A stretch of DNA of 63,260 nucleotides, filler included, from Octopus bimaculoides (lineage: Eukaryota), in assembly GCF_001194135.2 (NCBI RefSeq). It is 6 parts of 4 records of this genome, joined end to end, with 100 filler letters (N's around TTAATTAATTAA, not from the genome) between each part and the next. Parts side by side here need not be neighbours in the genome. Positions count along the whole stretch, not along the records: positions 1 to 19,614 come from NC_068982.1; 5 more parts are not named here. One strand, written 5' to 3'. Each line of letters starts with the position of its first letter. Position 1 is the first letter of the stretch. Positions 1-13,050 of this stretch are shown one piece after another. Made by a program: the position numbers and the translations under genes. The notes under the pieces were generated by a model that saw nothing but the letters and a program-made list of their open reading frames with translations, did no database searches and was not told the origin of the DNA.

Positions 1-180
1 AGGAGGAGGAGGAGGAGGAGGAGAAGAAGAAGGAGGAGGAGGAGGAGAAGGAGGAGGAGGAGAAGAAGAAGGAGGAGGAAGAGAAGAAGAAGAAGAAGAA
101 TAAGGAGGAAGAGGAGGAGAAGAAGAAGAAGAAGAAGAAGGAGGAGGAGGAGGAGAAGAAGGAGGAGAAGAAGAAGAATA
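1..180 (+). repeat. (GGA/GAA)n purine microsatellite
   Basis: Direct reading. Confidence 0.95.
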
Positions 181-244
181 ATATGCTAAGGATTCTGTCA
201 GCTCACTGCCATCCTTTCCTATATAATTCTTTGTAGTCCAGATA

Positions 245-1050
245 TTTGAAGGGAGCGAGCTAGTTAACTACGCCGACCCCAAGTGCTCGATTGATACACG
301 TTTTATCGACCCCGAGAAGGTGGAATGCAAAGGCGACCTCGGTAAAATTTGAACAGAGAACGTGAAGTCAGAAGCAGTGCTACTAGGCACTTTGACCAGC
401 ATGGTAACAATTCTGCCAGTCACCGCTATGATGTTGGTTTCAAATTTTGAGACAAGGTCAGCAATTTTGTGGGAGGGGGTAAGTAGCTTACATAGACCCC
501 ACTGCTCAACTGGTACTTACTTATTTTATCAATTCCAGGAAGGATGAAAGCTAAAGTCGACCTGGGCGGAATTCGAACTCAGAACGTGAACACGGACGAA
601 ATACCGTGAAGCACTTTGCCCAGTGTACTAACAATTCTTTCACCTCCCCGCCTTCCTTCCATCTATAATACTAGAAAGTTTATCTACCGAGATCGACTTT
701 GCCTTTTATCCTTTCGAGGCCGATGAATTAAATACCAGTTGCGTACTGGGGTCGATCTAATTGACTGGCTCCCTTCCCCCAAAACTTCGGGCCTTGTGCC
801 TAGAGCAGAAAAGAATATTAGAAAGTTTATAAGGCGGTGAACTAGCAAAAGCGTTAGCACGCCGTGCAAAATGCTTAGCAGTTTTTCGTCTGTCTTTACG
901 TTCTGAGTTCAAATTCCGCCGAGGTCGTCTTTGCCGTCCATCCTATCGGGGTCGATAAATTTAGTACCAGTTGCGTACTAGGGTCGAACCATAGACTGGC
1001 CCTCTCCCCCAAAATTTCTTGCTTTGCGCCTAGAATAGAAAAGAATATTA
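245..1050. mobile_element. Cluster of four tRNA-derived SINE-A copies (two minus: about 245-428 and 470-655; two plus: about 685-819 and 832-1049)
   Basis: Recurrent core GTTCTGAGTTCAAATTCCGCCGAGGTCGACTTTGCCTTTCATCC with A-box-like AGCTGGCAGAA.CGTTAGC and B-box GTTCAAATTC. Confidence 0.85.
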
Positions 1051-1933
1051 GAAAGTTTACACGTACTATTATTGCAGGTGAAACCAAATTAAACGTTAAC
1101 TTATTTGTTTCCAACTTTACCACGTAAAGAAAGAAACAAATAAATAAATTGTTAGATAAACTTCTCCCCAAACTCTACTGTTTGGTTCCACTCGTCTTAT
1201 TACCATGTGTGCCAAGACTGCAACAAGTCTTCGGCAATCACCCACGTAACGCAAGCGCATTCTCATACTTTGACAGTTATCGTTATCGACTCTTAGCTTT
1301 TAATATATATATTAGCAAACATATTTTTTCGAAACATTGTAAATGACCTTTCTGCAGAAGAAATAATGGATTGTGGAACACAAGATGCATTTATGTATAA
1401 ATGTGTGTGTACATATGCCTATGTTTTAGTACGACTATGTACGTGTATGTTTGTACATATGTGCACATATATGGATATATGTATGTATATGTGTGTACGT
1501 GCGTGCGTGTTTGTATGCATATGTGAATGCAAATATCTATGTATGCGTGTTCGTGTATGGGTAAATGTATGTATGTATATATGTATATATATATATATAT
1601 ATATATACACGCATAAATAGATACACGCGCGCCTGCACACACACACACACATATATGACCTATAACAGTCAAAGGCAACAACTATACTAAGCTCAAATGA
1701 AGCTAAAATATATTCACATTGCTTTACTTAGCATGACCTTAAAGACAAATCATCACAACGGGATTCTACTAATAGTCTTCATTTTTTATTTTATTTTTTC
1801 GTGATATTATGAAGATAAGAGATAGATTCCTTTGTTGAAGCAGCTAAATTTATCGTTGGTTGGGTTGGCGTACCGTCCATGAATATGGTTTTGCCTTCTA
1901 TTTGGTATTACCGCTGTATAAACATCTGCAAAA

Positions 1934-2380
1934 GAAGTGGATCGATATTTGTTTAAACAAATAATAATATACATTATGATGGTTAAGGTCATATCGTCGT
2001 CGTGGTCGACATTATTAGTATCATCGGTTCATCATCATTATTAACGTCGCCGTTATCGTCGTCATTATAATCATCATAATTGGATTTCGTAAAACTTGGT
2101 TAATTCTGTTATGTCACTTACCTGTGGGTTTTTGTCCTCAGAGAGTTGGGTGAATATAGTGTTGTTGCCCTTAACATCAGCAAAGTATACAATCATATGT
2201 TTTCACATGTTAAACATCCCATCTGTCAACGCAATCCACTTCTTGTCTCTTAGATCTGTATCACCTTGACATATCATCTTGACCGTTTTGTTGTGTCCTA
2301 AATGGAGTTCTCTCTGTTGTGGAAACCTATATCTCAGGTTAGTTCGAAGTGGATCGATATTTGTTTAAACAAATAATAAT
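1934..2380 (+). repeat. Perfect 35-bp direct repeat (1934-1968 and 2346-2380)
   Basis: GAAGTGGATCGATATTTGTTTAAACAAATAATAAT occurs twice. Confidence 0.95.
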
Positions 2381-5359
2381 TTACATTTTTTTGCCAATCT
2401 TCCCCTCATATATCGTTGGTTTACATATTGCCTCTTTTGCCGAAGCTTACTCCTATAGTAATATTACCAAATTTCATTCGTCCTCATTGTTCCTAAGCAA
2501 TGACTAGACACCTCATACCAAACCTGCAGAGATAATTGGAAAACATCGTCCAATGGTGTCCAACCAAGCTTGCCTTTCAGCAGCTCAAAGACATAATCGA
2601 TATCATTATCAAGAAAACATTATTACACTTAACATAAATATCTTGCAACTGGAACGCTCTAATTCTAGGTGTGCAGATGCCTCGTAGTGTTTACGCATCT
2701 TCAACATAAACAATACTGTATTACAAAGACTAGCTTTGCTCTTCAGAGTCAGAATATACTTCGTCTGCCTACAAAGCTCAGGTGTGATCCACGATGCTGT
2801 ATTGCTCTTATTGTTTTGATTGTAATGCTGCTATGCACACTGACATCCTACACCACTTCTACACTATGTCCACTAGATTGATTGGTTATGAAGCAGTTCA
2901 CAATCACAATTTAACTTCCAACAAATATACATGCTGTCTCCTCTCTCAGCCTTTTCTATCGTGACTCAAAGCTTTGCTGACACACATCTGTCTTCTCTCC
3001 TCATCCACCATGGTTTATCTACCACAGAGACCGCATTAATCACTCCGTCCTGTTCTCTTCCTCTTTGAACGTCCTTCCCCTGAAGAGTGTTTTCTTACTG
3101 CCATTGTCTTGCAATTGTTGAAAGAGAAAATTAACCGAGGCAGTCTCACCAATCCTGAAGAATTTATTGTAGTCAAGGGCACATCTGCTTTCTCCAAGTT
3201 AAACCAATGAATAAAATATCACCCTGACTGATGATTCTGTGAGAAACAACCACAAACAATGTATGTATTGCAAGGAAATTGTTACATTCTAAGCCAAATG
3301 CCAACACATGGAACCGAATCGAATCTGAAAATCTAATTATTTATCTGCTTCGCTGACGAGATCTAGAACTGAAATATTCCAAAGCCATTACTTTTTCCTG
3401 TCAACAAACATCATATTTCCCTTCTTCAGCATGAAAATTAAATTTCCTCTTAAATTAATTATTAATCTCTTGAAATTATATTCATTGAAAAAAATTGCTA
3501 TGAACCGCTGCTAAGATTTTTTGCCTTCTTTCTCCAGTTTATTGGAAATTTCAACTCTCTGAAAATTGCATGTGTACGTCATTCAATACAAGGAGGACTG
3601 CCTAATTTTTTAAATTAATGCTATTGTCCAGCTAGAGTTATTTCTCGTAATTCACTTTATCTTATATACTTCTTTTGTGGTCAAAATTCTTATTGTGAAT
3701 TAATCAAGTTTATGTTGTACTGGCGTCTTCTTATTTGTCTTCATTAATGAAACATTGATTAACTCAGTCTTATGAGACCGAAACATAATTGTACTTTGTA
3801 TCTTGCCTGCCCAGAAAGATCAGTTTTACTCTACGCATGAACATCTTTAATTTTCATTGAAAGTAACTCCCATTTCACCTGTGAGCTGCTAACAATTGCC
3901 ACGAAATATTTTTTTCTCTTTCTCCGACTAAACGAAATATTTTAGTTTATTGCGTAGCTTATTCTGCTGGTTCCTCGACCACTCCATGTCATGGTAAACT
4001 GAAAGAGAATAGAAGACCCTCAAAAAAGTATTGTTCCAGTTAGAGTAACATGTAGGAAATTGAATGTGATTGACACATCTATGAAGCATTGAGGTTCATC
4101 GTACGTGAATCTGTACAACTTAAATGAGCCAAAAGAGGAGTAAGGTAGTATCTGTAAAGATGTTGTTATACTTTCTAGACAAATTAATTATGTCTGATTG
4201 ACTGAAGAACCGCTTAATTCATTCTGATTCATTCTAGTATCGATTGCTTCTTGGCTGGAAGAATGATCTTCCAAAAGTAATTTTTATTAATATATTGTTA
4301 TTTATTAAGCAATCGAATAGGAAAATTTGACTTATTAAATAGACTGACTTCGAAGAATAACGGTTGTCGCTAAAAGTAATGTTTGAAGTAGTTATCTGTC
4401 ATTGTTGAGTGGACAGTTCATCTGAATGAATGATAATGCTACAGGAAAGTTATAGACATAATACAACAGTCTCTCACCGTTCTGATAAAAATAACGTAAA
4501 CTCATCCTACATATTGATTACTAACTTTTGACAAGTGAGTGTAAACAGACTCAAAGATCTAGGTCCCGCTTTTTGCCACTGGCGAAATGAAAAGTTAGAT
4601 AGTCAATAGATTACGTTTAAAAAATATTACGTAGCTGGTGGAAATAAGACTGATGTATAATTGAAATTTATGACGTTAGCTGTATAAAATCCAAGCGTAA
4701 TGTGAAATTCCATTTGAGAAACTCGAATGTAAATGCCTTACATCGTTTCCCCGATGCTGTTTTCACCTTTCTTCTCGAACAGATAAACACAGATTTCGCT
4801 CATATTTGTGCATTGCTTTGCTTTTAAAATATTGCCTAGGAGAATATATTCAATTTTGCCAACAGAAAGAAATAACAACATTAGTGCAGAAAACAATAGA
4901 TTAAATCCATCATAAATTATCCCAATCTTGCCTGGGGCCGAAATGTCTCCATAGCGAACCCAAATAATCGATAACGATTTTAGCATATTCCACATCATAT
5001 CGAGCTGCATACAGACCACACCCACAGGCCTTTTACGCAACGAAACAAGGTGATTTAAAAAGTAATTTTTACTGGGATATGAGTGGAGCGTAATTTATTA
5101 CATTAACATGGTCCAGCCTTGACATACCGCGATACTACACGCACAATCAACTCCAAACAAAAACACGCATGGATAATAACTCCGACCGCTGACACAATAT
5201 CAGTATAGAATATATTCCTTTCTCCCAGTATAGGTTCACATACACGTACACTCAAAAATAACAAATATGAGTAGCTTATTAACCCTAAAAAAACCTTTAG
5301 GAATAACCGCTGGGATGAGAACACCTAAAATCGTTTCTGACATAGATATAAGTCCTGAA

Positions 5360-6190
5360 ATTTGTAGGAAGGGGTTATTCGATTAACTCGACTCCAATAC
5401 CTGACTGGTATTTTATTTTACTGACTCAAGAGAGCTCAAAGGCAAGGTTTTGAAATTAGTAAAGGGCCGAAAGAAATACTACAAGACATTTTTCGATTCC
5501 ACCGGCCTCAGCACTCCTTATAATTGATTGTAAATTAGGCGCATAATCCATCAAAAGGATAAAAGGTGAAGTTGACCTCGGCTGCGTTTGACCTCAGACG
5601 GACGAAATCCTGCTAAAAATTGTGTCCAGGGTGTCAACAATTCTGCCAGTTCACCGCTTTAGTCCCCCTATGATGCAAGTTCAATGATTTTAAGGGGAGA
5701 GGTTTAGTCGATATCATCGACTGATACATTATTTTATTGACTTCGGAGAGATGAAAGGTAAAGTTGGCCTCGGTTGGTTTTGAACTCAGAACCTAACGAG
5801 CCGGAAGAAATGTCGCTAGGTATTTTGTTCCGTGTTCTTCTAAGAAAGTGGCCAATCCACCGGTTTCAACAGCCCAATCTAATTTAGGCATAAGCCAACA
5901 ATTTTGAGTGGACTGTGTAGTCGATACCTTCGACTCAAGTATTTAGCAGATACTCTATTTCGTGTCTGACGCTTCGGTTTCTCTACCAGCTCACCGCTAG
6001 TTCACAAGGCCATCAGTTTTGAAGGGAGGGGTTTGTTGATATAATCATTCTCAACACTTTTACTGGTACTTTCTGTTATCAACCTTTTATGAATAAAAGA
6101 CAGGAATGCTCCTGGAGGGAATTGAATCAGAAAAATCAGAAAAATACCGCAAATTCCAACACTCCAACGATTCTGCCGGCTTGCTTCTAT
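5360..6190 (-). mobile_element. Tandem run of about five degraded SINE-A copies
   Basis: Repeated reverse-complement cores (AAAGTTGACCTCGG...TTTGAACTCAGA...CTGCCAGTTCACCGC). Confidence 0.7.
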
Positions 6191-7854
6191 GAACACCCCT
6201 AGCAAAAAATGCAAGTTAGTAACAATCGTGTTCTGAGGGAATCCACATCACAGGGCTTTGCGACGCGTGCCATCGCAATATGGATATGTAAAAGATTTAA
6301 CTGAATTAGTGACCAAATCCTCGTTCAATCAGATTCCGTTGTCATAAAAGAAATGACTTTAAAATATGTAGTCCGTAGTTTATTTAGCTGGTCACTCGAT
6401 CACACCATGTCACAGTAAGTATACAGAAGCACTGCAAGAAATTATTGCTCTAGTTTACAGTGACATATAGAACAGCGGACAAGATTGGTCTACATGTGAA
6501 GCGGGAAGATCACCCAATACTAAATTCTGTAACACCTTTCATGATACAGCTGCTCTAACAAGGAGAACAAGCAAGTAGAATTAATCAATACAGACTATTG
6601 TGCGCATGCACACGGTGAGAATTGGGGAAGGAAAATAAGAGTGGGAGAGGTAAAAGAAGCAGTTAAATTCTGTATCCATTACCTTAAAATAGAATATGGA
6701 CATTTTACAAAATTACAATTTTAATTAAAATTTCATTATTAAAAATAAACAAATTCGCTCAGAAAGTAAGGGAATATATAGCTTCACAGAAGCAAAATGA
6801 TTGAAATAATAATGATTCTCTTTTAATGACCGTTCATTGAATGAAACCAAATTAAAGAGAAACAGTATTTATTCTGGTTACTGTTTGTACAGGGTACGTT
6901 TATGCTGGAAAAATTAACACATTAATTAACTTTCCTCTACGAAATATCTTAACTCATTTCACACTACACATCATTTCCATTTCTGAGTTCTCCAATTGAT
7001 TGTCGATAAAATTTCAAATTTGCAAACGTATTTTAAAAGCATATTATTTTGGATATCATCATATTAATAAACTTCATTTTAACCAAAACAAGATTTTTTT
7101 TCTCCAAAACAATTTAATTTCACGAAAGTAATTTTCCATATAGTTCATGCACAGAAGGATTGTAAAACTTGATAAATAAAAACTACTAACATTCGCGAAT
7201 TGTTTGGCGTTTAAAAAGAATTGACAGGTTTGTTTTAAGAATTCATTGATTAACCAAATAATACATCAAATACCGGTACCTTATCGTATCTCAGTGATTC
7301 ACTCCTTGCAATGGAGTAATGGGTAGCATTAAGACAACCGTGATCAAGGAAACCCTATGATAAAAGGAATTTCAGTTATGAGCAGCCCATCTTTTGGGGA
7401 GGGTGTCTAGGTTTATATTATCAAATATGTGCTTCCCCTCCTTAAAAACGGTGGAGTATGATTTGGTTGGTATCTTTAGCAAATCGAATCCAGTCTATTG
7501 TTACAAGTAAGGTCTCACGCATAGTTTGGTTGTAAAATTTCGATCATCGAGGTGTATTTAAGCAGTAGACTCCCTCTACTGATGCTTAAAATCTAGAAAG
7601 AAAAATAAAATAAAACGACAGTAATGAATATAAAGGAAATAAATAAATCAGTCGATCACAATTTATGACAATATAGAGAGTACATATGGAGATGAATGTG
7701 TTTTATTTTAAACCAAATGGTGAAGGGAACGGATATGTTCTAGTCATATGAGAGCTTCTCAGCGAAGCATATTCTACTCAGCAAGGCTAAGAACGAGTAA
7801 ATTATTGAAGGCTGAGGGAAAATGCCTCAAGTGTAAATTGAACACAAATGCGAC

Positions 7855-7857
<3 letters not shown>

Positions 7858-7946
<89 letters not shown>

Positions 7947-7990
7947 ATACGCACACACCACATACCCCCACACACATACACACGCATATA
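7858..7990 (+). repeat. Compound (TC)n(CA)n microsatellite
   Basis: Direct reading. Confidence 0.95.
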
Positions 7991-8689
7991 TATATCACAT
8001 GAAGTTAAAGAACTTTGGTCACCTGAGATTATCTAAGCATTAAGTAGACAGATTTTCCTCAAGGAATGTTTTTAAATAATCTATAAAGAACATTAATGAA
8101 AGTAAAAGTGGAAAGTCCAGTAAGAATAATTGATCAAGATTCTCTCTACAGAAGTATTCATAGTACATTATAGTTTCCATCAATTCTAGGACTTCTATGT
8201 TAGAACTAGTTGAGCCAACATCAACGAATTTGTATTTCTAAGCTGTCAATGAAACTATAGACTACTGCTATCCCAACGCCTGCCAATCTATTCATCTTCG
8301 TTTACCGACCAATGGCTAAATCTCCGATAAATTGTAAGGTTCTTTGTGATCTTTTTGATTTATCTTGAACGTGGCTTTTTCATGAAAGAAATTTATAATT
8401 TCGAGAACCGTTGTACACAAACCAGATAACACGACATACTATTGAATATTTCAATATATTGAACAATTGTATCACAACAGAGGTAGTTATTTGATGCGTG
8501 ACAAAGCATTTGCCTTAAGGAATTGGTTGTTGCATATATCGTGCAGCATCATAAAATGAAAACCAGTAAGATGAACCGAAACACACTATCAAGTGATAAG
8601 TAACAGATGTAATGTAAAAAAGAAGATGCAACAAGAAGTATTTCATTATAATACCATTGTGAATAGTGTGACCGAAGAATGCATAACAT

Positions 8690-8830
8690 TAACATAGAGA
8701 GTTGGAACCATGATGCTAAGATCGCGTATTCGATTCCTGTATTGTGCCTTGTGTCCTTCAGCAAACCACTTTTGTCCACTGTTCCTCTATCTACTCCTGA
8801 GTACCAACCGAGAGATGATGCAACCATATC
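8690..8830 (+). mobile_element. Old degraded CORE-like SINE
   Basis: B-box-like GTATTCGATTCC followed by TTGTGTCCTTCAGCAAACCACTT, resembling the C2 central domain. Confidence 0.4.
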
Positions 8831-9334
8831 TTCATCCAGTTATTACATTCTGAATGTTCTGCTGGATAAAGAGTTGAAGGGTCAAAGCAATGTCTTTGGT
8901 TACTCGTGACTATGTAGTCGCCTAAGATAATTAGCGAAAGCACGGTACATGCTACGAAGTAATACTCACTCACGAGTAGTTTTTATGCGTGTGTTTTAGA
9001 AGCGCGTTATCTAAATCGAAGAACTCAACAGTTCCAACATACATACAGTATTCCTTCTATAACGATAAAAATATATTTAATCGTTATGTTACGGAGTTGT
9101 TACATTAAGATGCTCCGAGTAAGTTGATATGTTTTCGTCCTGTAAAAATAACTGCATATATAGAAATACAATATTCTAATTATTCTAATCTTCAGTCGTT
9201 GGATTACGGCATGCTGTGGCCCCCGCCTTGAAGTGTTCTTATTCTATCGGTTTCTTTCCTATCGAACCGCTTTTATTACAAACCATATGTGTGTTTGTGT
9301 CAAGGACCATGACACAAACACACGTATACTCACG

Positions 9335-9510
9335 CGCACAAACATACATATACACTGAGTTTCTATACAGTTTCCATCTACCACATTCATTCACAAGGCA
9401 TTTGTTGACCTGGGGCTATAGTAGAAGACACATATTCAAGTTGCCCTCCGCTGAGATTGAACCCGAATACATGTGGTTGTGAAGTAAACTTCTAGAGCAC
9501 ATGACGTTGC
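9335..9510 (-). mobile_element. SINE-B copy
   Basis: GCTATAGTAGAAGACAC..TGAACCCGAATACATGTGGTTGTGAAG, shared with 12910-13050 and 24963-25125. Confidence 0.7.
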
Positions 9511-9549
9511 CTAGATAGTTTTCGATAGTCTACAAAGTAACGACAGCGA

Positions 9550-9770
9550 TCTAGTTGAATCACTAACATATTGCGCAAAATGCTTAACGGCATTTTTTCC
9601 GGCTTCACATTTTTAGTTCAAATTCCACCGAGGCCTACTTTGCCTGTCATCCTTTTGGAACCGATAAAAGAAGTCCATTTGAGCACTGGGCTGAGATGTA
9701 ATCGGCTTACTCTTCCCTCCAAAATTGCTAGCCTTGCGCCCAAAAAACTGGCTTTGTGCCAAAATTAGAA
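9550..9770 (+). mobile_element. SINE-A copy
   Basis: GCGCAAAATGCTTAACGGCATTT...GTTCAAATTCCACCGAGGCCTACTTTGCC. Confidence 0.7.
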
Positions 9771-10477
9771 ATAAAATACTCCACAAAGCAATAATAAATT
9801 GTTTATAAAATTAGGCATTCTTTTGTTCTTTTCTAATACCTGCAGGATGGTGTTAAAAGATAAATACTGTACAAATCACATTTCTAGTCTTGTATATAAA
9901 TAATTAAATTATATACTGTATGGTCTGTTATTTAATTTTCTTGGTACTCTAATTTCAAATGTTTACTTGTAGGTTATTTGTTTCTGATGTGTAAACATAG
10001 ATTGATGGAGCATATGTGGTACTGGCGGCCCTTACACTAAATATAAAACAACTGAATACAATTTGTGATTTTTCGATTATCACACTTCGCTATTTTTTCT
10101 TCAGTTTATAACTGCAAGGCTATTATATTGTAAGATTATAAATATGTCATAATAGAGTATTAATTAATTTATGTGATGTATATATATAATTTTACATAAG
10201 GAAACTATAAACAAGATTATGAAATCCGCAGTCCTCACCACTATAACTCACTAACATATCAAAGACTCAACTAAATCTTTTCTGTTGTTTAAGATGCTAG
10301 ACCTTTCAAATTTGTTATGCTTTTGAAAAATGGACACACTAGATGATGTGATTCTGAAACATTAACGGAAAAAAGACAAGATGGTCATGGCTGGAACGTT
10401 TTCGAGGATAACCTTATTCATAAGGGCTACCATGGTGCTAAACGACAACATCCATGACTAAAATGTGTAGATGGAAA

Positions 10478-10860
10478 GTTGGCACTCCATCGGTTACGAC
10501 GACGAGGGTTCCAGTTGATCCGATCAACGGAACAGCCGGCTCGTGAAATTAACGTACAAGTGACTGAGCACTCCACAGACACGTGTACCCATAACATAGT
10601 TCTCTGGGGAGATTCAGCATGACACAGAGTGTGACAAGGCTGGCCCTTTGAAATATAGGCTCAACAGAAACAGGAAGATAGAGTGAGAGAAAGTTGTGGT
10701 GAAAGAGTACAGCAGGGTTCACCACCACCCCCTGCCAGAGCCTCGTGGAGCTTTAGGTGTTTTTGCTCAATAAACACTCACAACGCCCAGTCTGGGAATC
10801 GAAACCGCGATCCTTCGACCACTAATCCACTGCCCTAACCACTGGGCCATTGCGCCTCCA
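10478..10860 (-). mobile_element. SINE-C1 (tRNA head; 3' tail shared with 23470-23750)
   Basis: Reverse complement reads TGGAGGCGCAATGGCCCAGTGGTTAGGGCA..GGTTTCGATTCCC...ATTTCAAAGGGCCAGCCTTGTCAC...CGTAACCGATGGAGTGCC. Confidence 0.8.
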
Positions 10861-10931
10861 CAGATGGAACGTGAAAGAGGAAAATAGACTAAGATGACGA
10901 ACAGAACAAGAACAGAGAGGGAGAGAGAGAG

Positions 10932-10987
<56 letters not shown>

Positions 10988-11715
10988 AGAGAGAAAGAGA
11001 GAGGGGGGAGGGAGGGAGGATAGACAGTAGAGAAATAAAAAGAACGAAAACGATTAGAAAAGGTAAGAGAAATGAAATAAACGCTTGTGTAAGACACGAA
11101 TAAAACGAGTTACGTGTGAAATATCACATGGTTATTTACAGCCTACTTACATCGTCACCACTGAAGCGCACACGTTGCTGCTGGGCCCCAACTCAGTCTT
11201 GCTTAGTATGAAACGCTTCTGGCGACATTTTTAATGTTTTTTTGTTTGTTTGNNNNNNNNNNNNNNNNNNNNNNNNNNNNNNNNNNNNNNNNNNNNNNNN
11301 NNNNNNNNNNNNNNNNNNNNNNNNNNNNNNNNNNNNNNNNNNNNNNNNNNNNNNNNNNNNNNNNNNNNNNNNNNNNNNNNNNNNNNNNNNNNNNNNNNNN
11401 NNNNNNNNNNNNNNNNNNNNNNNNNNNNNNNNNNNNNNNNNNNNNNNNNNNNNNNNNNNNNNNNNNNNNNNNNNNNNNNNNNNNNNNNNNNNNNNNNNNN
11501 NNNNNNNNNNNNNNNNNNNNNNNNNNNNNNNNNNNNNNNNNNNNNNNNNNNNNNNNNNNNNNNNNNNNNNNNNNNNNNNNNNNNNNNNNNNNNNNNNNNN
11601 NNNNNNNNNNNNNNNNNNNNNNNNNNNNNNNNNNNNNNNNNNNNNNNNNNNNNNNNNNNNNNNNNNNNNNNNNNNNNNNNNNNNNNNNNNNNNNNNNNNN
11701 NNNNNNNNNNNNNNN

Positions 11716-11751
<36 letters not shown>

Positions 11752-11796
11752 TACATACACATACATACACACATATTGATACTGCTTCCGTCACAA

Positions 11797-12410
11797 ATAA
11801 TTAAGTTTTAATAAGCCTGCTTTCTGAAAAGATGCTGATATTCTATATATTGTAGAAGCAAAATATGACTGCCATGCAGTAACAGGATGCCTCCTACTGA
11901 TGATTTCCAGTGGAATGAAATCACGTTATATGGGAGTTCCGATGCCCATGACATACATTGATCGTCTTCTACGATCAGTATATATGCATTTACTCACCAA
12001 GCGCCGATATGAGAGGGTGTCTCAAGGCTAATAACAAAGTATTTCGTTTTCTAACAAGACGTCCGTGTTAAGTTGAATATAAAGATTACCTTTTGGTATT
12101 GATATTGTTGACGCCGTTAATAATTAATTTCTAATAAGCCTACTGGCTGTTTGCGACATCAGTGTCTGGATGCTGGTGTTCTATATATCGTAGCAGCGGG
12201 ATTTGTTTGGCATGTGGTGACCGGATACCCCCCCACTGATGATTGCCAATAGAATAAAATCACGTGATATGGGAGTTCCAGCGCTCATGTTAAACGATTC
12301 TCGTCCGCTACGATCTCTGTGTGTGTATACTTGTATGTACCAAGCGCCTTCATGAGATGATCTTTCAAGGCTAATAGCGCAGTATTCGGTATTAATACAA
12401 CTTCTGTCGC
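11797..12410. repeat. Diverged tandem duplication, two units of about 300 bp (about 11797-12068 and 12119-12410)
   Basis: Shared colinear blocks TAATAAGCCT, TTCTATATAT, ACTGATGATT, AAATCACGT.ATATGGGAGTTCC, ACCAAGCGCC, TCAAGGCTAATA. Confidence 0.8.
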
Positions 12411-12429
12411 TGATTAATATTTATATATA

Positions 12430-13050
12430 TTTGTGTTTGTGTGTCTGCGTGTTTATGTTTGTACTTGTTCCTCACCACCGATTGATAAAATGTGCTGGTT
12501 TATGTCTCTGTAAACTATGGGTTCGGCAAAAGAGAACAACAAAATAAGTACGAGGTTTAAAAAATGTGTGGGGTCGATGCGTACGACTAAAACTCGTCAT
12601 AACCGTGCCCCAGCATGATTGATACAAGCAAAAGGTGAGACAAATGTGATGACCCACGGGATAATTATCTATTTATTCTTTTACTTGTTTCAGTCATTTG
12701 ACTACAGTCATGCTGGAACACCACCTTAGAGGGTTTTTAGTCGAACAAATGGACCCCAGGGCTTATTCTTTGTAATCCTAGTACTTATTCTATTGGTCTC
12801 ATTTGCCGAACCGCTAAGTTACAGTTGTCAAGTTACGGTAGTCAGTTGTCAAGCGATGGTGGTGGGAGACAAACAGACACAGACGCACAAAAAGATACAT
12901 ATATATACGTATACGACGGGCTTCTTTCAGTTTCCGTCTACCAAATCCACTTGGCCCAATGCTATTGTAGAAGACAGTGGCCGAAGGTGCCACACAGTGG
13001 CACTGAACCCGGAATCATGCGGTTGGGAAGCTTCCTAGCCACACAGCCTT
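12430..13050. mobile_element. SINE-B tail (+, about 12430-12640) and near-complete SINE-B (-, about 12660-13050)
   Basis: GACGGGCTTCTTTCAGTTTCCGTCTACCAAATCCAC body and GGTTCGGCAAAAGAG..AATAAGTAC..GGGGTC tail in opposite orientations. Confidence 0.75.

Noticed and set aside
2790-2960. Cys/His cluster YCSYCFDCNAAMHTDILHH on the plus strand
   Set aside because: Flanked by stops in all frames, with no transposase or zinc-finger consensus I can name; at most an unclassifiable relic.
4738-5324. Two adjacent hydrophobic minus-strand ORFs (100 and 73 aa) suggesting a membrane protein
   Set aside because: Different frames, stops between them, no recognisable motif or splice sites; AT-rich DNA yields hydrophobic ORFs by chance.
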